This document shows positions 56,148 to 64,000 of a stretch of DNA of 64,000 nt, in pieces; positions within the stretch are counted from its first letter, which is position 1, and each line of letters opens with the position of its first letter. The notes below the pieces were generated by a model that saw nothing but the letters and a program-made list of their open reading frames with translations, was not told the DNA's origin and ran no database searches. The stretch spans positions 36,345-100,344 of the forward strand of contig JAZJZC010000001.1 of NCBI GenBank assembly GCA_040390045.1, written 5' to 3'. The stretch is from Patescibacteria group bacterium (lineage in GTDB: Bacteria; Patescibacteriota; Minisyncoccia; Phycocordibacterales; SIBU01). The translations under genes and the position numbers were made by a program.

Positions 56148-57215
56148 ATGAGTCGGCTGTTGGGAAATTTACAAACCTTTCAAAAAATTGACCCACGTGT
56201 AGCCATCGCTCCGGTACTGAAAAGTAACGCGTACGGACACGGACTCGCCCTCGTTGCCAAAATTTTAGACACCCAAAATTTGCCGTTTTTAATTGTGGAT
56301 TCCTACTACGAAGCGGTGATATTACGAAATGAGAAAATTCGAACACCTATTCTTATTATCGGCTATACGCTCATTGAAAATATTTTAAAAAATAAACTTA
56401 AAAACGTTGCCTTTACAATCGTGAGTATCGAGCAACTCGAAGAAATTTCCAAAAATTTGAAGACACCGACAGATTTTCATCTCAAAATTGATACCAACAT
56501 GCACCGCCACGGCATACCACCTGAGCAGTGCCAAAAAGCGATGTCGCTCATTCGTGCGAATGGTTCTTTACACCTTTCCGGAATTTGTTCGCACTTAGCT
56601 GATTCTGATAGCACCACAAAAGAGTTTACGGAAAACCAAATTAAAATTTGGAACAGCCTAACTGAGGATTGGAAAAAGGAATTTCCAAATATCAAATACT
56701 TTCATCTCTCAAACACCGCAGGATTTTCCTATTCAAAAAATATTCATGCGAACATGGCTCGTCTTGGCATTGGATTGTACGGCATTGATCCAAGTGCCGA
56801 TCAGCGTTTCAGCGACTTACAGCCAGTGCTTGAAATGAAAACTTTGATTAGCGGCGCCAAGGATTTAAAAAGGGGAGAAAAAGTCGGTTACGGAGCAACG
56901 TTTGAAGCGACGAAAAATATGCGCATCGCTACCATTCCCGCAGGATATTACGAAGGTATTGATCGCCAACTTTCAAATTGCGGTTTTGTTAAAATAGAAA
57001 ATACCTTTTGTCCGATTGTGGGCCGAGTGAGCATGAACATTGCCACCATTGATGTGACAAATGTTCCACACGCTACCATTAATACATCCGTCACCGTTAT
57101 TAGCAAAATACCTTCTGACAAAAACTCGATTCAAAATAACGCAAAACTAGTCGAAAAAATCCCATACGATTTAATGGTTCATATCCCGCAAACATTGAGA
57201 AGACGAGTGGTCTAG
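56148..57215 (+). CDS. alr: Alanine racemase (PLP-dependent)
   Basis: AIAPVLKSNAYGHG (PLP-lysine motif), C-terminal beta domain. Start could alternatively be the upstream codon at 56055. Confidence 0.8.
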   Translation: MSRLLGNLQTFQKIDPRVAIAPVLKSNAYGHGLALVAKILDTQNLPFLIVDSYYEAVILRNEKIRTPILIIGYTLIENILKNKLKNVAFTIVSIEQLEEISKNLKTPTDFHLKIDTNMHRHGIPPEQCQKAMSLIRANGSLHLSGICSHLADSDSTTKEFTENQIKIWNSLTEDWKKEFPNIKYFHLSNTAGFSYSKNIHANMARLGIGLYGIDPSADQRFSDLQPVLEMKTLISGAKDLKRGEKVGYGATFEATKNMRIATIPAGYYEGIDRQLSNCGFVKIENTFCPIVGRVSMNIATIDVTNVPHATINTSVTVISKIPSDKNSIQNNAKLVEKIPYDLMVHIPQTLRRRVV

Positions 57216-57221
57216 CTTCTT

Positions 57222-57650
57222 TTACAAAAGCTTTTTCTTATAAATTGCAAAGAAATTTGGAAGTTGTGAGTGAACATTCTCAGGAATATTTTTAAATGTA
57301 AACCAATTCAGATCATCAAACTTGTGTGGCTCGCCAATTTTGACTTTTTCCCGATCAACTAAAACCTTAAAATCAAGCGCGATCCAATGTGTCTTTTTAC
57401 CGTCGTGCACTCGGTGAACATCTCTGAACCCGAGAAATTCCGAACGCAAAACATCAGTGCAATATTCTTCTGCAATCTCTTTTTTTAGAGCATGTTCAAC
57501 GGTTTCCCCAAATTCAAGTGCGCCGCCTCCAATATCCCATACGCCTTTTTCATCTCGCGCGTTTTGATTTCGTTTAGCCATCACAAATTCACCCTTGCCA
57601 TCGTGACAAAAGTAGACAACGCTAACGCCGGTGAAGTCGAGGCCTTTCAT
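57222..57650 (-). CDS. NUDIX hydrolase
   Basis: Nudix box GGGALEFGETVEHALKKEIAEEY. Confidence 0.8.
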   Translation of the reverse strand: MKGLDFTGVSVVYFCHDGKGEFVMAKRNQNARDEKGVWDIGGGALEFGETVEHALKKEIAEEYCTDVLRSEFLGFRDVHRVHDGKKTHWIALDFKVLVDREKVKIGEPHKFDDLNWFTFKNIPENVHSQLPNFFAIYKKKLL

Positions 57651-57878
57651 AAGAAAAGGATACAGGGAAATTAGGAAAAGTGGAAGTTAGGTAAAAATTT
57701 ACCCGCGATTCAAGATACGGGAAGGAATTTCTCCCTCGACTCAACAACATGCAAGGAAGGAGTTTCTCCCCTTACAGGGGCAGTACAGGTTTCCCATTTT
57801 CTCACGATAAGAATCGCTCGAAAATATGGGAGAACCTTTTCGAATCCTTCACGTCCGCCGTTTAGGCGGACTCCTGCG

Positions 57879-57904
57879 TAGCAAAAAATTCCCTTTCGGG
57901 AATT
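57879..57904 (-). terminator. Intrinsic terminator 3' of tRNA-Tyr
   Basis: aattccc-tttc-gggaatt. On the minus strand it is followed by ttttttgc. Confidence 0.7.
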
Positions 57905-57910
57905 ATTTTG

Positions 57911-57994
57911 TGCGCAGGGAAGGATTCGAACCTTCGTAGCCCATAGGGCGACAGATTTACAGTCTGTTGCGATTGACCGCTCCGCCACCTGCGC
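57911..57994 (-). tRNA. tRNA-Tyr (anticodon GTA), class II with long variable arm
   Basis: RC reads GCGCAGGTGGCGGAGCGGTCAATCGCAACAGACTGTAAATCTGTCGCCCTATGGGCTACGAAGGTTCGAATCCTTCCCTGCGCA. Anticodon loop CTGTAAA, T-loop AAGGTTCGAATCCTT. Confidence 0.9.
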
Positions 57995-58045
57995 ATATCC
58001 ACAAAATTCTTACTCGGGCATTGTAGCAAATTTTACCTAAACGGC

Positions 58046-58095
58046 AATCAGGCCGGCGCGCTGTGCGCGCCGGCCTGATTTTCTTCGTTTTTCTT
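58046..58095. terminator. Bidirectional terminator with a perfect 16-bp GC-rich stem between clpB and tRNA-Tyr
   Basis: aatcaggccggcgcgc-tgt-gcgcgccggcctgatt followed by ttcttcgtttttc. Confidence 0.8.
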
Positions 58096-60786
58096 TTACT
58101 TCACCACCTCCTCAACTTCATCCTTAACAAGATCAATCTTTACCGGCTTTGTGGACTTTGGCTTCTCAACATCAAACGTAAACACGCCATCTTTGATATC
58201 AACTTTCACCACAGAGCCGTCCCCTACCGTTCGGGCGATAATCTGCGACGCCACAGGGGTTAGAATTTTATTTTGAATGATTCTCTTTAATGGTCGCGCA
58301 CCGTACTGCGGGTTGTATCCCTCTTTCGCCAAGTGCTCGAGCACTGCAGGCGTGACCTCAAGTCCAATATTTTTAGCAGCCAGTCGCTCACGGACATGTC
58401 CCACCTGAATTTCCACAATCTTGTTGATCGCTTCCTGACTCAAAATATCAAAGACGATAATATCGTCGAGTCGGTTGAGAAATTCCGGTCGGAAATAATC
58501 TTTGAGGCTTGCCATGACTTTTGACTTGGCGCTTTCATAGTCAGCTTTTTTATTTTCGCCTGAAGCAAAACCAATTCGCTCCATTTTGTCGATGTACTGA
58601 GCGCCGATGTTCGACGTCAAAATAATAATGGTATTGCGGAAGTTCACCGAACGTCCCTTTGCATCCGTCAGCTTACCGTTGTCGAAAATTTGCAGAAGAA
58701 TGTTAAACACTTCCGGATGAGCTTTTTCAATTTCGTCGAACAGAATCACCGCATACGGCCGATGTCGTACAAGCTCCGTCAAATTTCCACCTTCTTCATG
58801 TCCGACATAACCCGGTGGCGCGCCAATAAGTTTACTGACCGAATGTCTCTCCATAAATTCCGACATGTCAATTCGAATGAGCGCCTTGTCATCATTGAAC
58901 ATAAATTCAGCCAAGGCCTTAGTGAGCTCGGTTTTTCCAACGCCCGTAGGACCCAAGAAAATAAATGAGCCAATTGGTCTGTTGGGGTCCGCCACACCAG
59001 CACGCGAACGTTTGATGGTATCTGAGATTTTCGCCACCGCTTCATCCTGTCCGACAATTCTTTTTTTAACTTCCTCTTCCATTCGAGAAAGTTTTGAAGC
59101 TTCCTCTTCGAGCATGCGCATAACAGGAATCCCCGTCCACTTGGCCACAATTTCGGCAATATCCGACTCCATAATTTCCTCCTTGAGAATTCTTCGCGAT
59201 GTCTGCAACTTCTTCAATCTTTTTATTTTGATATCCAAATCTTTTTGCAGTTCTGGAATTTTTCCATAGCGAATTTCCGCTGCCTTCGACAGGTCAGCTC
59301 GCGCCTCAGCACCCTCAGCCTCGAGACGCATTGACTCCAAACTTTTCTTAATTACTTTAATTTGCTGTAACGTTTCCTTCTCATTCTTCCACTTCAATTC
59401 AATTTCTGAAGTTTTTTCTTTCAAATCAGCAATTTCTTTTTCAATTTTCTTGGTTCGAGTTTTCGCTTTCTTTGAAGTTAGCGCCTCTTTCTTTAGCGCC
59501 TCTCGTTCAATTTCGAGTCGCATCACTTTTCGATGCGTCTCCTCGAGAACCGGCGGCATGTTTTCCAATGAAATTTTCAACGATGAAGCAGACTCATCAA
59601 TCAAGTCCACAGCTTTGTCAGGTAAATATCGATCAGTAATATAGCGCGCCGATAATGTAACCGCCGCCACAATAGCGTCGTCAGTAATGTGCACACCGTG
59701 ATACAACTCATACTTTTCTTTGAGACCTCGCAAGATAGCAATAGCATCTTCGAGCGATGGTTCGGACACATACACCGGCTGGAAGCGTCTCGTGAGTGCT
59801 GGATCTTTTTCAATATGTTTTTGGTACTCCTTCAAAGTTGTCGCTCCGATCGCGCGAAGTTCCCCGCGAGCCAAGGCAGGTTTTAACATGTTTGACGCGT
59901 CCATCGAACCTTCCGCTGCTCCCGCTCCGACAATTGTGTGAATCTCATCAATGAAAAGAATAATCTTGCCGTCAGACTTTTCAATCTCCTTCATAATATT
60001 TTTCAATCGCTCTTCAAACTCTCCGCGATATTTTGTTCCGGCGATCAATAGTCCAAGGTCAAGAGAAACCAACTCTTTATCTTTCAAAGACTCTGGAACA
60101 TCTCCCGATGCCATCCGCAGAGCTAGACCTTCCGCAATCGCAGTTTTTCCTACGCCGGCTTCACCGATCAAGATCGGATTATTTTTGGTGCGCCTCGAAA
60201 GAATTTGAATAATTCTCGAGGTTTCATTATCTCTACCAATGACTGGATCAAGTTTATTTTCTCGCGCGAGCCCAGTCAGGTTTCTGGTATATTTTAGAAT
60301 TGATTTCAAACGTTTTGGCGCAACAGTGTCAGCCGGTCGAGTATTTTTTAAATCTTCAAACACGCGAATGACATCCGCTTTATCAATCCTAAAACGTGAC
60401 AACAATTCTCGTGCCGCGCCGGGAATATCGAGCATGGCGATAAAAAGATGTTCGGTAGAAACAAATTCATCTTTAAGAGACGCCGCCACCTTCTGAGAAT
60501 TTTCCAAAGTCTGCGCCAACTCGGGGGTCAAATAAATTTGGTACGACGGTGAAAGTGTAGCCGAAGCTTCAGCACCCTCAATCGCTTCCAAAATTGAATC
60601 GGTCATGAGCACCGTATCAACTTCCAATTTTTCCAAAATGGAATTGACCATGCTTTCTTCTTGCAAAATCAGCGCCGCTAAAAGATGCACAGGGTTGACG
60701 TGATTTTGTCCGCGTTCAATAGCAAGCTCATGCGCTCGCCTGATGGCTTCTTTGGCTTTAGTTGTGAAATGGTTAAATGGGGGCAT
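58096..60786 (-). CDS. clpB: Chaperone ClpB (AAA+ disaggregase)
   Basis: N-domain, NBD1 ([15 protein letters not shown]), long coiled-coil middle domain, NBD2 ([15 protein letters not shown]), sensor-2. Confidence 0.95.
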   Translation of the reverse strand: MPPFNHFTTKAKEAIRRAHELAIERGQNHVNPVHLLAALILQEESMVNSILEKLEVDTVLMTDSILEAIEGAEASATLSPSYQIYLTPELAQTLENSQKVAASLKDEFVSTEHLFIAMLDIPGAARELLSRFRIDKADVIRVFEDLKNTRPADTVAPKRLKSILKYTRNLTGLARENKLDPVIGRDNETSRIIQILSRRTKNNPILIGEAGVGKTAIAEGLALRMASGDVPESLKDKELVSLDLGLLIAGTKYRGEFEERLKNIMKEIEKSDGKIILFIDEIHTIVGAGAAEGSMDASNMLKPALARGELRAIGATTLKEYQKHIEKDPALTRRFQPVYVSEPSLEDAIAILRGLKEKYELYHGVHITDDAIVAAVTLSARYITDRYLPDKAVDLIDESASSLKISLENMPPVLEETHRKVMRLEIEREALKKEALTSKKAKTRTKKIEKEIADLKEKTSEIELKWKNEKETLQQIKVIKKSLESMRLEAEGAEARADLSKAAEIRYGKIPELQKDLDIKIKRLKKLQTSRRILKEEIMESDIAEIVAKWTGIPVMRMLEEEASKLSRMEEEVKKRIVGQDEAVAKISDTIKRSRAGVADPNRPIGSFIFLGPTGVGKTELTKALAEFMFNDDKALIRIDMSEFMERHSVSKLIGAPPGYVGHEEGGNLTELVRHRPYAVILFDEIEKAHPEVFNILLQIFDNGKLTDAKGRSVNFRNTIIILTSNIGAQYIDKMERIGFASGENKKADYESAKSKVMASLKDYFRPEFLNRLDDIIVFDILSQEAINKIVEIQVGHVRERLAAKNIGLEVTPAVLEHLAKEGYNPQYGARPLKRIIQNKILTPVASQIIARTVGDGSVVKVDIKDGVFTFDVEKPKSTKPVKIDLVKDEVEEVVK

Positions 60787-61146
60787 AAATAAGTTATAAA
60801 GTTAAAAGTTTTAAAGTTAGAAAGTAAAAATCGGAGAAGAAAACCAGCGATTGTGACATCTAGAACACTTCATATTGTAAAGAGATTATACTATAAATTT
60901 AAATGTCACTCAACTTAGGAAAATATGGCTCAAAACCTCGTATTTCTTAAAATTGCACCGTTTTGCAGGCATACGTCAAGATAAAACTTGACGTGACCAT
61001 AAAATCATGCTATTCTTCTGTTCAGAAAAAAGGTACCTACTGGCGATTGCCAAATAGGAATTTCTACCTTTGATATTTGAACCTCGACATTACAGAGGCA
61101 CAAATCCACTGCACCGGAGCCTTGCTCCACTTCCGTACCTCCTAAC

Positions 61147-62322
61147 ATGAACACTGCAAATCTGTCTGAGCTCGAAACCGCACTGCAACCGAAGCCTGTT
61201 ACTGAAACGCTTCGGGTAAAGACCAACCAGGAACTCCGCGCCCTAAAGGCCAGCGGAGTTCGTCACCCGGGACTCGCTGACGAATGCGTCACCGACACCG
61301 TCGCCGACCTCTTCGAGGCCGCCGAGGCAGATCACGCCGCTGAGCCGGAAGAAATCCGTAGCTGGACCACGAGCCGTACTCAGATTGAGTACCGGCATCC
61401 GCTGTTCGGCAAACTCCTCATCGGCGTCAAGAATTGCTCATTGGGCGAACCACAACACGAAGGGCCCGACTCTTGGGCTCGCGTCTACAGTCCTACTCCC
61501 CGGCCCAATTGGTTGGAGATCGAGATGTCGGTCACAACCATTCATCGCGATATTAAGGTGATTGAATTCGCCGCCGATCCCGATTCTCACTCGGACGATC
61601 AATTCGCGAATGAGGTGATATGCAAGATTGCGCCGTTCCCCGTGAAGGTTCAGTGGCAAAAGAACCGCGAGAACGGAGACTGGGTGCCCTTCACCCGCGT
61701 GAAGCATCGCGACAACCTCGACCTCATCATACTGAATCCCGAAAGCGGGCAGTTCATCCAACTCGAGATCTCCATCACCACGCGCAACGGCTTTTGCTGG
61801 TTACTGGTGGAGGAACAGTACTCCGGGCAGTGGGTGCGCACCACAAAAACCCGCGCCGAAACGCTCGGCGTAAAAAACATCGCCCATGGGCAATACCCCT
61901 TGCTGGTGATGCCACTGTACGCCGCGAATGCGTACCCGACTGCGGATTACGTGAGGACGTTTCCGGAGCTGGCTGAGCAGATGTCGCAGTTCGTGATTCG
62001 TTGGGGCGCGCTGGTCCCCTTCGGCAAATGCGTCAAGGCCACGTGGGCCCCCGAAACGCGCGAGCTCACCGAGGAGATGGTCGCCAAAAGTTGGAAGAAG
62101 GCAACGCCGCTCTTTTTCAACGGCGTCATCGGCCACGGCCCAGCACTTTGTGAGGATGGAAAAATCTGTTTTTTGCACTTTTCCAAAATCATGGGTGCCG
62201 ACGGCAGTCCGGTCGGGTGCCGGGGTCAGTTCCCCATCATCCCGCCGATGCGCGAGGTCGCCGTCAAGTGGATGGACCAACCGGACGGCAAGCGGGCGGC
62301 CACAGCCATCCGCGTCATCTAG
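61147..62322 (+). CDS. Hypothetical protein (391 aa), strongly GC-rich (~57%) orphan with its own promoter-like region and terminator
   Basis: Long ORF with high GC3 in an AT-rich genome. No recognised domain. The terminator at 62355-62387 follows. Confidence 0.55.
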   Translation: MNTANLSELETALQPKPVTETLRVKTNQELRALKASGVRHPGLADECVTDTVADLFEAAEADHAAEPEEIRSWTTSRTQIEYRHPLFGKLLIGVKNCSLGEPQHEGPDSWARVYSPTPRPNWLEIEMSVTTIHRDIKVIEFAADPDSHSDDQFANEVICKIAPFPVKVQWQKNRENGDWVPFTRVKHRDNLDLIILNPESGQFIQLEISITTRNGFCWLLVEEQYSGQWVRTTKTRAETLGVKNIAHGQYPLLVMPLYAANAYPTADYVRTFPELAEQMSQFVIRWGALVPFGKCVKATWAPETRELTEEMVAKSWKKATPLFFNGVIGHGPALCEDGKICFLHFSKIMGADGSPVGCRGQFPIIPPMREVAVKWMDQPDGKRAATAIRVI

Positions 62323-62354
62323 TCGAAAGTTTCGGCAAGATGTAAATCAAAACT

Positions 62355-62387
62355 GAGCGAGTACCCCGGTACTCGCTCTTTTCTTTT
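62355..62387. terminator. Intrinsic terminator shared by the GC-rich gene (+) and valS (-)
   Basis: gagcgagtac-cccg-gtactcgctc followed by ttttctttt. Confidence 0.8.
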
Positions 62388-62394
62388 GTAAAAC

Positions 62395-64000
62395 TTATAC
62401 TCGCTCACCTTTTGATTCTGGTTTTGGCCAAGGAGAAATCGCGAGTGGTGAGGTCGGATTATATAAACTCATATACAATTCTTCAGTCATGAACGGCATG
62501 AACGGATGCAAGATGACGAGATACTCGGCATAAACATGCTGTAATACTGATAGAGAAACTTCAACTTCAGCTTTCTCTTGAATGCCCTGTGCGTATCTTT
62601 CCAAATCTGAAAAAAAGCTACGAATCTTTTCTTGAGCTAAGGCAAAAGAAAATGCGTCAATATGTAAGGCGACGACAGAAGCAAGCCTTTCGACGGCCAA
62701 CAAAATATTTTTATCTTCAGCTGATAACTCCAGCTGTTCAGAAAATTTTAATGAATATTGTCTCGCTAAAGAAACAATCGAACCAACGTTCCACAATCTT
62801 TGAGAAAATTCCTGAAAAGAAACCAGCTGCTCTTCGGAAAAAATAAAATCTTCCTGCATTGTGGTGTAGGACACGAGCGCCATCCTCGTCACATCCGCTC
62901 CAAATTTTTCTAAATAATATTCAAGAGAAACGGCATTGCCAAGACTTTTGCTCATTTTTTGTCCGTCCAAACCTTTCAAAAGCCGGTGAAGATAGACTGT
63001 TTTAAAAGGCAATTTTCCACTTATGTATCGACTCAACAATAATTTTCTCGAAACTGACAATCGAAGCAAGTCGTGACCGATCACAATTGAATAGCTTGGG
63101 TAAAAATAAGAAAAATCGTCTGAGTCCAAATCTCCGAAAACAATTTCACTCCATTGTCCCGAGGAAAACCACGTATCAAACGTGTCAGTTTCAGGTAAAT
63201 ACAATTTCCCGTTCTCCTTTTCTAAAACCCAACTTGATCCTTCCGAAGCATAAATTCTTTCTAATCCTTGTGAAATTTCTTCGAGAGACACCCCCTGATC
63301 TAAAAATTGTTTTAAGTTTCCGTACTGTTTTTCGCCTGTGTCCGTATTAAACCAAACCGTAAATTTTGACGGATCAGAAACATCGTACCAAATAGGAATT
63401 TTAATCCCCCAAACATTCTGGCGCGCGATAGGCCAATCGTGCATTTTCCCCATCCACTCGATTAAGCCTTTCTCTCTCCATCTTGGAAGCACAACGAGAC
63501 CTTCCTTTTTAATAGCTTCAGTGGCAGGTTTTCTGAGCGGAGTTTTTTGATCATCCAACTTTAAAAACCATGTGAGCATAATCATGGTCTCAACAACGTG
63601 GCCACGTTTACATAGAAAAGTAGAATCCGTATAAGAATCATCAACTTTTTCAATCAAACCTCGTTCATTCAAAAAAAGTACTTCTCTATCTCGAGCCTCA
63701 AGTGGTTTCAAGCCAGGATACCGCTCGATCATATTTCCGTCCCAATCTAATAAATTTTGTGACGGAATAGAGTTACGCAAAGTATATTCGTAATCATATT
63801 TTTTATATGACGGAGAAAAAGGTGAAAGAAACTGATCGAGTTGTTCGGGATCAAACTTCCTCTTACTTGCTACAACACTGACCAACGCACCTGTGATCGG
63901 ATTTTTTAAAATTTTTCCAATATGACTTGCGTACCGTTTGTCTTCGGGATGAATCAAAACATGGGTGACTGCAAAAAGAAACTCTGGACGTGTCGTTGCT
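62395..64000 (-). CDS. valS: Valyl-tRNA synthetase, C-terminal ~535 aa. The N-terminus runs off the window end
   Basis: HPEDKRY (ValS signature), KMSKS, anticodon-binding and C-terminal coiled-coil. The frame is open upstream to position 64000 (...RPEFLFAVTHVLIHPEDKRY). Confidence 0.85.
   Translation of the reverse strand, partial: ATTRPEFLFAVTHVLIHPEDKRYASHIGKILKNPITGALVSVVASKRKFDPEQLDQFLSPFSPSYKKYDYEYTLRNSIPSQNLLDWDGNMIERYPGLKPLEARDREVLFLNERGLIEKVDDSYTDSTFLCKRGHVVETMIMLTWFLKLDDQKTPLRKPATEAIKKEGLVVLPRWREKGLIEWMGKMHDWPIARQNVWGIKIPIWYDVSDPSKFTVWFNTDTGEKQYGNLKQFLDQGVSLEEISQGLERIYASEGSSWVLEKENGKLYLPETDTFDTWFSSGQWSEIVFGDLDSDDFSYFYPSYSIVIGHDLLRLSVSRKLLLSRYISGKLPFKTVYLHRLLKGLDGQKMSKSLGNAVSLEYYLEKFGADVTRMALVSYTTMQEDFIFSEEQLVSFQEFSQRLWNVGSIVSLARQYSLKFSEQLELSAEDKNILLAVERLASVVALHIDAFSFALAQEKIRSFFSDLERYAQGIQEKAEVEVSLSVLQHVYAEYLVILHPFMPFMTEELYMSLYNPTSPLAISPWPKPESKGERV

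Noticed and set aside
57710-57988. 92-aa minus-strand ORF from the six-frame track
   Set aside because: It overlaps tRNA-Tyr (57911-57994) and its terminator, so it is spurious.
1-64000. Mobile elements, integrases, CRISPR arrays
   Set aside because: No transposase, integrase, direct-repeat CRISPR architecture or attachment-site duplication at tRNAs was recognised. The GC-rich islands lack flanking mobility genes within this window.

Overview
This is a 64 kb stretch of a low-GC (~38-40%) bacterial chromosome, gene-dense and mostly housekeeping. Aminoacyl-tRNA synthetases: lysS (partial at the window start), leuS, serS, valS (partial at the window end). DNA repair and replication: uvrA, uvrB, a short uvrC, dprA, topA, parB. 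Cell-wall and cell-division genes: ddl, murD, alr, an FtsQ-like protein. Others: clpB, tgt, miaA, a short bifunctional rel, ychF, greA, rpmG, gdh, a class-I DAHP synthase. There are four tRNAs (Ala-CGC, Ala-TGC, Leu-CAA, Tyr-GTA) and many hairpin-plus-T-run intrinsic terminators, several bidirectional. The overall style (a sigma-70 region-4 HTH protein, a giant DUF11-repeat surface protein, many tiny membrane proteins, a truncated UvrC, a short Rel) is reminiscent of small-genome CPR/Patescibacteria-type bacteria. That cannot be proven from this window alone.

The features that a plain gene list does not explain are these:
- Three paralogous ~150-nt structured elements at 16467-16600, 36519-36670 and 49132-49283. 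Several helices covary with compensatory base changes. One copy sits in a long 5' leader behind a consensus sigma-70 promoter upstream of a glutaredoxin-like gene.
- An approximately 200-aa Ham1/ITPase-like domain inserted into LeuS.
- A dispersed palindromic array of ATACGAA/TTCGTAT heptamers in three promoter regions.
- GC-rich REP-like hairpin elements.
- About nine GC-rich (50-58%) orphan genes scattered through the AT-rich background. These include a lone DAHP synthase and a 391-aa unknown with its own promoter and terminator.
- An ArsR-like repressor bracketed by two copies of an 18-bp perfect palindrome.
- A murD / unknown PP-loop-like protein / alr cluster.

No CRISPR array, transposase or integrase was seen.
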